Assembly (NCBI GenBank): GCA_040830765.1
Contig: JBFOMH010000005.1
Span: 288,001-352,000 of the forward strand
DNA: 64,000 nt
Direction: 5' to 3'
Source of the DNA: Puniceicoccaceae bacterium
Lineage (GTDB): Bacteria > Verrucomicrobiota > Verrucomicrobiia > Opitutales > Oceanipulchritudinaceae
A model generated the notes under the pieces. The model ran no database searches, was not told where the DNA came from, and was given only the letters and a program-made list of their open reading frames with translations. How positions within the stretch are numbered: position 1 is the first letter of the stretch; every line of letters begins with the position of its first letter. The position numbers and the translations under genes are program-made. Of the stretch, positions 40,961-52,300 are shown piece by piece.

Positions 40961-41872
40961 ATGTCCGATGCTGCCCACATCAGGGAATACTTCACTGACC
41001 TCCAGGACCGCCTTATCGAGCGGCTGACCTTGTTGGATCCGGAGGCCCGGCAAGTCTCCGACTCGTGGGAGCGCCCAGGAGGAGGCGGTGGGCTGAGCCA
41101 CGTCTTCGAGGATGGGCAACTCATCGAAAAGGGCGGGATGAACTTTTCCCATGTCATGGGAACGTCCCTTCCGGCCTCGGCGACGAAGAACCGGCCGGAA
41201 CTGGCCGACCGGCCATTCGAGGCAATGGGGGTCTCGGTGGTCCTGCATCCGATGAATCCCTACGTTCCCTGCACCCACATGAATGTGCGCTATTTCAGCA
41301 CCGTTGATGCGGACGGGCAGCGCCCGGTCTGGTGGTTCGGGGGCGGCTTTGACCTGACCCCGGTCTATCCGTTCGAGGAGGACGTCGTTGCCTGGCACCA
41401 GGCTGCCAAGGCGGCCTGCGACCCGTTCGGGGAGGCGTACTACCCCCGGCTCAAGAAGGCCTGTGACGAATACTTCTTCCTTCCCCACCGTGATGAGGCC
41501 CGTGGGGTCGGTGGGCTATTCTTCGATGACTTCAACGAACTTGGTGAGGCCGATTCCTTTGCCTTTACCCGGTCCATTGGCGACGCCTTCCTCCCCGCAT
41601 GGGAAACCATTGCCCTCCAGAGGAAAGACACCATTTACGGGGAAAAGGAAAAGGCTTTTCAGTGCCTGCGGCGTGGTCGCTATGTCGAGTTCAACCTCGT
41701 CTATGACCGGGGCACCCTGTTTGGCCTCCAGTCAAGGGGCCGTACTGAAAGCATCCTCATGTCGCTCCCTCCCCATGTGGAGTGGAAATATAACTACCAG
41801 CCGGAACCGAATTCAGCCGAGGAGCGACTTGTGCGTGACTTTTTGAAACCACGCGATTGGCTCAAAAGCTAA
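40961..41872 (+). CDS. hemF: Oxygen-dependent coproporphyrinogen III oxidase
   Basis: [45 protein letters not shown]. Confidence 0.97.
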   Translation: MSDAAHIREYFTDLQDRLIERLTLLDPEARQVSDSWERPGGGGGLSHVFEDGQLIEKGGMNFSHVMGTSLPASATKNRPELADRPFEAMGVSVVLHPMNPYVPCTHMNVRYFSTVDADGQRPVWWFGGGFDLTPVYPFEEDVVAWHQAAKAACDPFGEAYYPRLKKACDEYFFLPHRDEARGVGGLFFDDFNELGEADSFAFTRSIGDAFLPAWETIALQRKDTIYGEKEKAFQCLRRGRYVEFNLVYDRGTLFGLQSRGRTESILMSLPPHVEWKYNYQPEPNSAEERLVRDFLKPRDWLKS

Positions 41873-41916
41873 AACTTCAACCTTCGCCCTTAGTCTTTAG
41901 TCCTTTGTCCAGAAAT

Positions 41917-42954
41917 ATGACCTCCCGAGAACGATTCCTGAACGCCTTCACTGACCAGACTCCTGACCGACCACCGGTCTGGGTCATGCGACAAGCTGGC
42001 CGTTACCTGCCTGAGTACCGCGCCTTGAAGGAAAAGTACGACTTCCTGACCATGGTCAAGACGCCCGAATTGGCTACTGAGGTCACGTTGCAACCATTGC
42101 AAAGGTACAAGCAACTGGATGCGGCCATCATCTTCAGTGACATCCTCATTGTCCCCGAGGCCATGGGGCTTCCCTACTCTTTCCGGGAACAGGGCGGTAT
42201 TGAGATGGCTGGCTGCATCCGTAGTCACGGGGAAATCGAGGCCCTGGAGCCAACAGCAGTCGCCCAGCGGACCGCCTACATCGCTGACGCCATACGCATG
42301 GTCCGCAAGGAACTGGGCAACTCCAAGGCGGTCCTCGGCTTTGGTGGCTCTCCCTGGACCCTCGGGACCTACATGATCGAGGGCGGTTCCAGCAAGGTCT
42401 ACGAGCATGCCCGCAACATGTTCCTGCATGACCGGCAGAATTTCGACCTCTTGATGGAAAAACTGTGTGAGGGCATTATTGACCTTTTCAAGAGTCAGAT
42501 TGAGGCCGGAGTGGATGCCATCCAGATTTTCGACTCCTGGGCTGCTGCCGCCCCGGAGGGTCATTATTGGGACTGCTCGCTCAAGTGGATCCAGCGGATC
42601 ATCGAGGCCATGCCCGCCTCCACCCCGATCATTCTTTTCGCCAAGGGAATGGCAGACCACCGGGGGGAACTGGTCCAGACAGGGGCCCGCGCCCTTGCGG
42701 CCGACCAATCCATCGATTTGGCCTCCTGGCGGGAGCACCTGCCGCACGACATGACCGTCCAGGGGAATCTGGATCCGGATCTCATGCCTGGCGCACCCGA
42801 GGCAGCTGCGGAAGCCACCCGGGAGTTGCTCTACTCGATGGCTCCCTGGAAGCGCTACATTTTCAATCTCGGCCACGGGATCACCCCTCAGGCCAGGCTG
42901 GAGACGATGCAGGCCGTTCTTGAGACCATCGACAGTGCGGGACAAGCAGAATGA
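41917..42954 (+). CDS. hemE: Uroporphyrinogen decarboxylase
   Basis: PVWVMRQAGRYLPEY, FSDIL, QIFDSW, QGNLDP, FNLGHGI; start MTSRER. Confidence 0.97.
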   Translation: MTSRERFLNAFTDQTPDRPPVWVMRQAGRYLPEYRALKEKYDFLTMVKTPELATEVTLQPLQRYKQLDAAIIFSDILIVPEAMGLPYSFREQGGIEMAGCIRSHGEIEALEPTAVAQRTAYIADAIRMVRKELGNSKAVLGFGGSPWTLGTYMIEGGSSKVYEHARNMFLHDRQNFDLLMEKLCEGIIDLFKSQIEAGVDAIQIFDSWAAAAPEGHYWDCSLKWIQRIIEAMPASTPIILFAKGMADHRGELVQTGARALAADQSIDLASWREHLPHDMTVQGNLDPDLMPGAPEAAAEATRELLYSMAPWKRYIFNLGHGITPQARLETMQAVLETIDSAGQAE

Positions 42955-43115
42955 GCGAGTTCAAGGATAACGACGACGCAACCGGGCCTGGAGGCCCGAG
43001 TCCCGTAGACCCTGAGGCCGAGCCACGCAAGCCCTGGCCGCTTTCATGGGTCTTGATCATTGTTTTGACCTATATCGCCCTACAGACGGCCTACTTCCTG
43101 TTCTTCGGGGACTGA
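42951..43115 (+). CDS. Small single-pass membrane protein (54 aa)
   Basis: ATGA overlap with the hemE stop; MSEFKDNDDATGPGGPSPVDPEAEPRKPWPLSWVLIIVLTYIALQTAYFLFFGD; below the ORF-track cutoff. Confidence 0.7.
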   Translation: MSEFKDNDDATGPGGPSPVDPEAEPRKPWPLSWVLIIVLTYIALQTAYFLFFGD

Positions 43116-43235
43116 TTAGCGTATTTACCGTCAAAATTGCGCCTGAATTAAGGAGTCTAATATAATTCTTGATGTCTGGGCCTCAGGGGCTAAACACTTC
43201 CCTCTTGATTTACTAATCATAAACCAGAAAACAAA

Positions 43236-44267
<1,032 letters not shown>

Positions 44268-44296
44268 GCTTTGTTACCCTACTCCTAAATCCAATA

Positions 44297-44330
44297 GGGG
44301 CCGGTTCCGCAAGGAGCCGGCCCTTTTTGT
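44297..44330 (+). terminator. Intrinsic terminator of fbaA
   Basis: GGGCCGGTTCC-GCAA-GGAGCCGGCCC followed by TTTTTGT. Confidence 0.85.
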
Positions 44331-44337
44331 TGGCAAG

Positions 44338-44392
44338 GGAGTCGGGCCTTCAGGCCCGGTTGCGTCGTGACCGGGCCTGAAGGCCCGACTCC
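44338..44392. repeat. REPIN-like element: perfect 23-bp inverted repeat
   Basis: GGAGTCGGGCCTTCAGGCCCGGT-N9-ACCGGGCCTGAAGGCCCGACTCC; each arm is itself a hairpin. Confidence 0.85.
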
Positions 44393-44403
44393 TTTTCTAC
44401 CGC

Positions 44404-45063
44404 TCAGTGAAACGAGGCGATCGCCTCCAGCGGCAACTTCTCAATCGCCGGTACGGTGCAACCCTTTGCCGGATAGCCAACGACCAGGAGCAGGAATGGC
44501 TTTTCCTCCGGCGGTCGCCCGAGAATCTGGTTCAGGAACTGCATCGGGCTCGGGGTATGGGTCAGGGTGGCAAGTCCAACCTCATGCAATGCGGCAATCA
44601 GGAATCCCGTCGCAATACCGACGCTTTCCTTCGGGTAATAGGTTTTTCTCTCCTTGCCATCAGGACCGGTCACCTTGGATTTCATGAAGATGGCAACAAG
44701 GGCGGGAGCTGTTTCCAGGAAAGGCTTGTCGGCATCGGTACCCAGGGGAGCCAGCACATCCAACCATTCCTGGGGTGCCCGGCCGCTGTAAAAGGCGCGT
44801 TCCTCTTCCTCAGCAGCAAGGCGGATTTCCCGCTTCTTCTCCGGATTACGCACCACGGCAAAATGCCATGGCTGCAGGTTGGCCCCATTGGGGGCCGTCC
44901 CAGCCGTCAGGATGGCCTTTTCAATAACGCCCTCTGGTATCGGATCCGGTGAAAAATCCCGCACCGTGCGACGCGTCCGCTGCCGGAAATAGATTTCATT
45001 GGCCCGGGCTTGCATGACCGCGGCCGGGAATTCGGGCATCTCAAAGGGAACCTGGTTTTCCAT
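44404..45063 (-). CDS. Nitroreductase family, iodotyrosine deiodinase-like
   Basis: [61 protein letters not shown]. Confidence 0.85.
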   Translation of the reverse strand: MENQVPFEMPEFPAAVMQARANEIYFRQRTRRTVRDFSPDPIPEGVIEKAILTAGTAPNGANLQPWHFAVVRNPEKKREIRLAAEEEERAFYSGRAPQEWLDVLAPLGTDADKPFLETAPALVAIFMKSKVTGPDGKERKTYYPKESVGIATGFLIAALHEVGLATLTHTPSPMQFLNQILGRPPEEKPFLLLVVGYPAKGCTVPAIEKLPLEAIASFH

Positions 45064-45182
45064 AACTCAGTTTCCTGACAATCCGTGCAGAATCCAAGCA
45101 CCAATTGTGTTCACCGGTCCCGAAAGAAATAGGGAACTTTTATGATTTCATAAGTATTAATCCTTCCTTAGGCTAATTTGAA

Positions 45183-47522
45183 ATGAATACCCGTATCCTT
45201 TCCCTCATTCTCCTTGCCACGCTTTGCGCTGGAACCCTTCCCGCTGGCACGTCCAGTCTTGTCTACTACAACTCCAGCAATGAACTGGAGTACGCGCCCT
45301 ATGCGAACCGGGGCCAGAGCAACTTGGAAAACCACCTCCCCGACTTCTCCCACAGTGGTTACATGGGTGGCGGCGTGGCGCTGCCTGACGTGCCGATCGT
45401 GATGATCCTGGAGCCAGTGGAGGGCGACAACCACGCTCATATCCAGGGGACAATTGACACAGTGGCAGGCTTCCCCCTCAACGAGTCCGGGTTTCGGGGA
45501 GCCATCCTTCTCAAGGCCGGGCTCTATCCAATCAGTCAATCACTCAACATCTCCAGCAGTGGCATCGTCCTCCGCGGAGAGGGCCAATATCCTGCCCAAA
45601 GCGGGGGAACTGAACTGTATGCGACGGGAACGGAGCAGTATGACCTTGTCCGTTTTACCGGAAGCTCATCGACGCGCATCACTGGTTCGACCACGGTCAT
45701 TACGGATGAATTTGTCGGCAGCGGGGCCACAAGCTTTACCGTCGGGGATGCCTCGGGCTTGGCGGTTGGCGACCTTATCCGGATCACCATGAAGCCCAAC
45801 AGCGATTGGATCGACTTGCTGGGCACCGCCCAGTACGGTTGGACCCCGGACTCCTATGAACTGAAATACGAGCGGTTCATCACAGCCATCGAAGGAAATC
45901 TGGTCACGGTCCATGCGCCCCTGGTGCAACCTATCGAGCAGCGCTATGGGGGAGCAGAGGTTGTCGGCATTGATCCCTTTGGCCGGATTTCCCAATGCGG
46001 CATCGAGAATCTCTGGATGCGCTCTGCTTATACTTCCGCGACCGACGAGAGCCATGCCTGGAGCGCGGTACGTTTTCAGCAGACCGATGATTGCTGGGCC
46101 AGGAACATAACCGCTCAGCACTTCGGATACGCCTGCGTGATCCTTGAATATGCCAACTACACAACCGTGCAGGACTCTGCCATGTTGGATCCCATTTCTC
46201 AAATCACCGGGGGCCGGCGGTATTCCTTCAATATCAACAATGGCTCATTCAACCTGTTCCAGCGCTGCTATGCCCGTGGCGGACGCCATGATGCCGTGAC
46301 TGGCAGCCGGGTCGCCGGACCAAACACTTTCCTCGATGTGCTGGGGGAGAGCAACTACAGCAACAGCGGGCCCCATCACCGGCACGCCACCGGATCGCTT
46401 TTTGACCGCGTTGTCCTCACCGGAAGCGCAGGCATTGACGTGGAGAACCGTAAATCTTCCGGGACCGGTCACGGGTGGGCGGGAGCGCAGACCGTCTTCT
46501 GGAACTGTATCGCCGCCTCGTCGGTCTGCGATGCCCCACCCGGCCAGATGAATTTCAACATTGGCTTCACCGGTGCCGAAAAGGAGGGATTCTGGGGACC
46601 TGAAGAGCCTCCGGGAATCTGGGAGTCGCAGGACAACCCGATCGATCGGCCCCATAGCCTCTATCTTGGGCAACTGGAGGCTCGTCTCGGGACGGAGGCG
46701 GTTGAGGCCATCGCCACGGAGCCCCAGCTTGCCGGAGACATGGATTACTTCCTCAGGGAGTGGGCTGGGATGGGCCCCCTTGCCACCACCTATGATGAAC
46801 TTTGCCAAACCGGAAGAAGCTTCTTCGGGGGATGCCGTAGCGACGAAAGGGATACATTCTTTGGATTGCTGACCGACATGCACATGTATGATCATCACCA
46901 GGGCTACCTTTATCGCTACGACGACAACCGCTGGTTCTGGCTCTATTACGGATCCAACCATGACAGCCTCTTCCTCTGGAGCTTCACCGACGGCAGTTAC
47001 CACTGGACCGGAAAGGCCTATCTGCCCTGGTACTGGGATTACAAGAACGGCCAATGGGGCTCTTACGAAACCAATGAGCCGGAGGTCATTGAGTTGCTCC
47101 AGAACGGGGATTTTGAAAATGGAACCAGCCCCTGGAACCTCTACGCCGGAAATGGAGCCAGTGCCAATCTGGCCAACATCGATGGCGAGGCCCAGGTGAC
47201 AATTACCGTACCAAGCGATACCCACCATCACATCCAGCTCCGGCAGACCGGGATAAACCTCGAAAACGGCAAGTCCTACAAAGTGACCTTCAAGGCCCGG
47301 GCGGAGGCCGCACGGGGCATCCGTGCCGAGCTGATGCTCAACGTCTCGCCCTTCAGCAACTACGCCCGCGAAATCCTTACCATCACCGAGTCCATGACGG
47401 AGTATTCCTTCACCTTCAGGATGAACAGTCCTAGTGACGCCAACGCCCGTTTCCGCTTTACCCTTGGCGGTGACAGCACCACCGCCTACTTCGACGATGT
47501 CAGTGTCGTCGCGACTGATTAA
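45183..47522 (+). CDS. Secreted beta-helix (pectate-lyase-like) protein with C-terminal CBM4/9-like domain
   Basis: Signal peptide; LPDFSHSGYMGG, GAILLKAG, GIVLRGEG, GGRRYSF, SGPHHRHATG, GHGWAGA; C-terminal LLQNGDFENG...W...Y.VTFKARA...YFDDVSV. Confidence 0.75.
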   Translation: MNTRILSLILLATLCAGTLPAGTSSLVYYNSSNELEYAPYANRGQSNLENHLPDFSHSGYMGGGVALPDVPIVMILEPVEGDNHAHIQGTIDTVAGFPLNESGFRGAILLKAGLYPISQSLNISSSGIVLRGEGQYPAQSGGTELYATGTEQYDLVRFTGSSSTRITGSTTVITDEFVGSGATSFTVGDASGLAVGDLIRITMKPNSDWIDLLGTAQYGWTPDSYELKYERFITAIEGNLVTVHAPLVQPIEQRYGGAEVVGIDPFGRISQCGIENLWMRSAYTSATDESHAWSAVRFQQTDDCWARNITAQHFGYACVILEYANYTTVQDSAMLDPISQITGGRRYSFNINNGSFNLFQRCYARGGRHDAVTGSRVAGPNTFLDVLGESNYSNSGPHHRHATGSLFDRVVLTGSAGIDVENRKSSGTGHGWAGAQTVFWNCIAASSVCDAPPGQMNFNIGFTGAEKEGFWGPEEPPGIWESQDNPIDRPHSLYLGQLEARLGTEAVEAIATEPQLAGDMDYFLREWAGMGPLATTYDELCQTGRSFFGGCRSDERDTFFGLLTDMHMYDHHQGYLYRYDDNRWFWLYYGSNHDSLFLWSFTDGSYHWTGKAYLPWYWDYKNGQWGSYETNEPEVIELLQNGDFENGTSPWNLYAGNGASANLANIDGEAQVTITVPSDTHHHIQLRQTGINLENGKSYKVTFKARAEAARGIRAELMLNVSPFSNYAREILTITESMTEYSFTFRMNSPSDANARFRFTLGGDSTTAYFDDVSVVATD

Positions 47523-47641
47523 TGAGTAATCCGGGATCCTGCAGTCCAATCCGGGTAAATTGAATATTTGATTTCCCTCCATCAGCCCCGCGGTATTTCG
47601 GCATGGATCATGCCACCTCCAAATGCATCACTGGTTTACTC

Positions 47642-47686
47642 TTGCCAGCACCGCTTAACTATCATTTTAATACCATTATGAAAGCA
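47642..47686 (+). promoter_or_regulatory. Sigma70-like promoter and operator of the TA operon
   Basis: TTGCCA-N18-TTTAAT ending 6 nt before the ATG (leaderless-like); imperfect inverted repeat CTATCA-N14-TGAAAG across the start. Confidence 0.45.
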
Positions 47687-47908
47687 ATTCACATCCGCGA
47701 TCTTTCGGAAGAGACGCTGGCGGGCCTGAAGCGGCGTGCGGCGCGGCACCGGCGTTCGCTGCAGAAGGAGGCACAGATCATCCTCGAGGAAGCGGCACGG
47801 ATGCAGGAAACCGGGGAGGACAAGCGGGAACTGCGGTTACACCGAGTCAACACAGGCCGGCGGGGGAGCTGGAAGCGGGAGGAGATGTATGGCGAAGACG
47901 GACGATAG
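47678..47908 (+). CDS. FitA-like ribbon-helix-helix antitoxin
   Basis: MKAIHIRDLSEETLAGLKRRAARHRRSLQKEAQIILEEAA; C-terminal WKREEMY; overlaps the toxin start. Confidence 0.85.
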   Translation: MKAIHIRDLSEETLAGLKRRAARHRRSLQKEAQIILEEAARMQETGEDKRELRLHRVNTGRRGSWKREEMYGEDGR

Positions 47909-48332
47909 GCTACGGTTTGTGGACACCAACATCCTCCTCGCAGCAACTGACGAGAGCCGGACCCACCACGACAAGTCCCTCGCCCTGCTGGAAAAAGGAT
48001 TGAGCGGGGAAAAGAGCCTTTTTTTCAGTGGCCAGGTACTGCGGGAATACCTTGTCGTCGGGACCCGGCCGGTTGAAGCAAACGGGCTGGGCCTCACTCC
48101 GGCCGAGGCCCTTGCCAACATCAGGGAATTCAACCGCTGCGGGATGGTCCTTGACGAGACCCGGACGGTTGCCAGCCAGTTGCAGAAGCTGGTGGAAAAG
48201 CATCAATTAAGCGGCAAGCGGATTCATGATGCCAACATTGTCGCCGTCATGCTGGTCAACGGAATGAAGACAGTGGCGACCGACAATGAAGAGGACTTCA
48301 GCGGCTTTCCGGAAGTCCATATTGAATGGTAA
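47889..48332 (+). CDS. PIN-domain (VapC/FitB-like) toxin
   Basis: FVDTNIL, QVLREY, IHDANIVA, TDNEEDF acidic active-site residues. Confidence 0.9.
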   Translation: MAKTDDRLRFVDTNILLAATDESRTHHDKSLALLEKGLSGEKSLFFSGQVLREYLVVGTRPVEANGLGLTPAEALANIREFNRCGMVLDETRTVASQLQKLVEKHQLSGKRIHDANIVAVMLVNGMKTVATDNEEDFSGFPEVHIEW

Positions 48333-48413
48333 GCTCCGCCGCAATAGATCACGATGGGACTTTCCACTAAGGGCTGAAGAACAGCCCAAGATACTGAGAA
48401 GACCTTTCTTCCC

Positions 48414-49010
48414 TTAATCGTGCAGGGCTGCCTTCATCGCTTTGACATCCACGTAGTCGGGGGCCATCAGGAAGCCATCGATTTCGCCGATGTATTCCGT
48501 AGCCACGGGAATGCCAGAGCTGACGTCCACCACCCCTTCCATGTAGACGTTCTGGGTGATCACCAGTCCGGCCAGCGGACCGCTCCAGAAGACACCGGCA
48601 AGCGTGATATGCCCGTTGTAGGCTATCTCCAGTGGCGGCGAGAGGTTCAGGCCGTAGTAAGTAGCACTGACCATGCCCACCGGATCGGTTGACAGGTCGC
48701 CCAGGTACAATAGCGCCGATGCGCGACCGAAGAATCCGCCGAAGGGCGGAACTTCCAGCATGTCCATGGAGCCATTGAACTCCATGTAGAGAATCAACCC
48801 TTCCACCTGCAGCGACGGAATGTCGAGCTCCTGCTTTGAGGTGAAGCTGGTCCATCCGGGTGTCGGCAGGACTTCGAGATATTCCATTCCGGAAATCCGC
48901 ATATGCCGTGAACCCGTTCCCGGCGGGATGGCGCTCAGCACAGTACTCAAGAAAATGACTGCAAGCGCAGCCATGTGTGTCTTTTTGACGATTATCATAA
49001 TTCCCTCCAA
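48414..49010 (-). CDS. Secreted hypothetical protein, beta-rich
   Basis: KK + hydrophobic signal (VLSA|), alternating beta-strand pattern; no family recognised. Confidence 0.6.
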   Translation of the reverse strand: MEGIMIIVKKTHMAALAVIFLSTVLSAIPPGTGSRHMRISGMEYLEVLPTPGWTSFTSKQELDIPSLQVEGLILYMEFNGSMDMLEVPPFGGFFGRASALLYLGDLSTDPVGMVSATYYGLNLSPPLEIAYNGHITLAGVFWSGPLAGLVITQNVYMEGVVDVSSGIPVATEYIGEIDGFLMAPDYVDVKAMKAALHD

Positions 49011-49307
49011 TTTCTACAGCCCCCCAATGAGCTGCGCGCAGAGGGTATATTTACCGGAAATTTTTGTCAAAAAGATCAGAGAGCTAAAAGAGCTTTTTTC
49101 AGGAAACCTTATCGAAAGAATTAGGTCAAAACAGGTTCTCCAGATCAACAGACGGAGCAACCAACAAGGTCTCTTTATTTCATTTTATTTCAGCAAAATA
49201 TGTTCGCATTTACATAAGCATAACCATCAAATCGGCTCGAAAAACCTGTAATTAACTCAATTCCAGCACTATTAATTTCATTTTCTTCATTTCTATTTCA
49301 AAGAATC

Positions 49308-52300
49308 ATGCACTCTAAAACCCCATTCGCCTCACTATTAATCGTCTTGCTCCTGTGCTCCACTTCCCTCCTCGGGAACGTCATCATCTCCGAATTTGAC
49401 GCCACCAACTGCGGCACGGCCTCGGACGAGGACGGAAGCGAGCGGGACTGGATTGAGTTGCGCAACACCGGTGGCAGCAGCGTAAACCTTGCTGGCTGGG
49501 CACTTAGCGATGACGCTACCGATCCCGGAAAATGGATTTTCCCCTCCACAACCCTTGCCTCCGGCCAGCACCTGCTGGTCTTCGCTTCGGACAAGAACTG
49601 GCAACTTTCCGGCTACGAACTGCACACCAATTTCAAGCTGGCCGGTAACGGGGGTGACATCCTCCTTAGCCGGCCGGACGGGGCCGGCGGCTGGATTGCC
49701 GAGCATACTATCCTGGCTTACCCGCCACAGCTTCCATTGGTCACCTATGGCTATGCCAATGGAGACGGTACAGGAAGCCTCGGCTTTATCGAGACGCCAA
49801 CACCAGGGACGCTCAATGGTCCGGATATCGTCCAGGCATTTGTCAGCGATACCGATTTTGACCAAACACGCGGTTATTACAACACGCCTTTCAACCTGAC
49901 CATCACCTCAGCAACACCCGGTGCGCACATCATCTACACCACCGACGGCAGCGAACCGTCGATGAACAACGGGACCCTGGTGCCGGCAGCCAGCGAGCAG
50001 CTTCAGCCCGTCGCCATTATTCCCATAACAACGACCACCATCGTCCGGGCGCGGGCCATGAAGGCGGGTCTGGGTTCGACCAATATCGACACCCACACTT
50101 ATCTCTTCGCTGCCGATGTCCTCAACCAGAGCGGGGCCGACATCTCCCAGCCCTATGCCGACTGGGGCCATAGCGGACCCGACTGGGACATGGATCCGGT
50201 TGTGACCACCCATTCCAATCCCGAAGACCGCTGCGTACCGGAAGACCTCATGACCATCCCGGCCGTCTCTGTCGTCATGAACTGGAACGACCTTTTCGGC
50301 ACGGAAGGCCCCGGCATCTACATTGAGGGGGAAGGCGTTCCCAAGCGGGCCTCCTTCGAACTCCTCAACCCGGATGGAAACGATGCCGACCCGAACCTTT
50401 CTCCTGCCGAGCATGGGCGCGGCGTGGCCCTGGTCTTTGGCGGCTCCAGCACTGGCAAGCGCTGGAAGACCGATAAGCTCTCCCTCCGTTTCAACTTCTG
50501 GCAGGATTTCGACAGCAACGTCCTCGGTCCGGGCGCCACCGGCAGCTACGATCGCCTGGTCCTTGATGCCCGCTTGAACCAGGTCTGGACACAATCGCAG
50601 AACTTTGAGCAACGGCAGTTTGCCGACTATGCCCGGGACGCTGTGTTGAGTGACCTGGAGAACTCAATCGGCCGGGCCGGTGTCCATAGCCAGCACGTGC
50701 ACCTCTTCCTCAATGGCTTGTATTGGGGAATCTATACATTGCATGAGCGGCCGGACAATCACTTCGCGGCCGACTACCTCGGCGGCAGCAAGGACGATTA
50801 TGACGTCGTCAAGCACGGTCCGGATGCGCCCAATTTCCTGGTCGACGGACTGCGCATTAATCCGGCGGCACCGATCTCCAATTCCAATTACACCGCCGGG
50901 GTCAACTACCTCAACATGGTCAGCCTGACCCAGCCCGACCTCAGCCAACCGGCCAACTACGCCGCCCTGGCCCAGGTCCTCGACATTCCCGCCCTTGTTG
51001 ATCACATGCTCCTCAACTTTTACGGCGGCAACTACGACTGGCCCCAGCATAACTGGTACGCCACCTACAACCGCAAGGATCCCGAGGGCAAGTGGCGCTT
51101 CCATTCCTGGGATGCCGAGCATGTCTTCAAGTACGTCGACTATCCGCGCTACGACAACGAGACGACCAAGTTCGAAGGCTGGGACCGGCCCGACGGGATC
51201 CACCTGCAACTGCTGGACAGCCCGGAATACCGCTTTCTTTTCGCGGATACCGCCCACAAGTACCTGTTCAATGACGGGGCCTTCGCCGTTACCAAGGTCT
51301 GGGCGCTCTTTGAAAATCGGTTTGACGATATCGACGAGGCAATCCGTGCGGAATCCGCCCGTTGGGGTGACAGTGGACAGCAGAACATCGACCCGTCCAA
51401 TCCTCTCTACCAGGAACGACACCTCCGCTATTCCAATATTCCCAGTTCCGTTCCCAGCAGTTGGGTCGGCCGGAGCGACACCACTGACTTTGCCTCCTGG
51501 TGGCACGAGCGGGAGCGCATCCGGACTAAAATCCTCGGCCCGGAACCCAATCGCCGCACGCGCTTTATTGGCCAGTTGCGCAACGCCGTCTACAACGAGG
51601 ACCATCCGCTCGGCAACCAGCCGAATCCTCTTTACCCAATGACAGACGCACCCGTCTTTGGCCAGCATGGGGGAATTGTTGAGCCGGGATACGCCTTGAC
51701 GATGGCCAATCCCAACAGCGGCGGTATCATCTATTTCACTACAGATGGATCGGATCCCCGCGAACCCTATTCGGATACGGGAACCTTCTTTTCCGGCGCG
51801 GTCAACTCCACGGCAACGGCCTATGCCGGAGCTGTCTCTCTCGACGCCACTACCCGCGTCAAGGCCCGGGTTCTCAACAACGGGGAATGGAGCGCCCTCA
51901 ATGAGGCAGTCTTCAACATTTCCGGTACGACGACCGTACCAGCCAGCGCAGCCAACCTCGTGATCTCGGAAATCCACTACCATCCGTCCGATGCCAGCCT
52001 TGACGAACTCAACGCCGGCTTCACCGATGATGGCGAATTCGAGTACTTTGAGGTGTTGAATTTCAGCAACCAGACGGTTTCCCTCCTCGGCCTCTCCGTC
52101 GAGCAGGGACTCGACATCGCCACCTCCATTGGCGACATCGAGGAACTGGCACCCGGGGCGTACGCGGTCTATGTCGCCAATCCTGCGGCCTTTGCCTACC
52201 GCTATGGGCAGGGCCATCCGATTGCGGGTCGTTTCGCTTTTGATACCTCCCTCAACAACGGTGGCGAGCGCCTCCACCTGCTCGACGCACTCGGTTCAAC

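Noticed and set aside
41881..41910. Short CTTAGTC/TTTAGTC/CTTTGTC repeat between hemF and hemE
   Set aside because: Three degenerate units only; too weak to call, though it may be another heptamer family.
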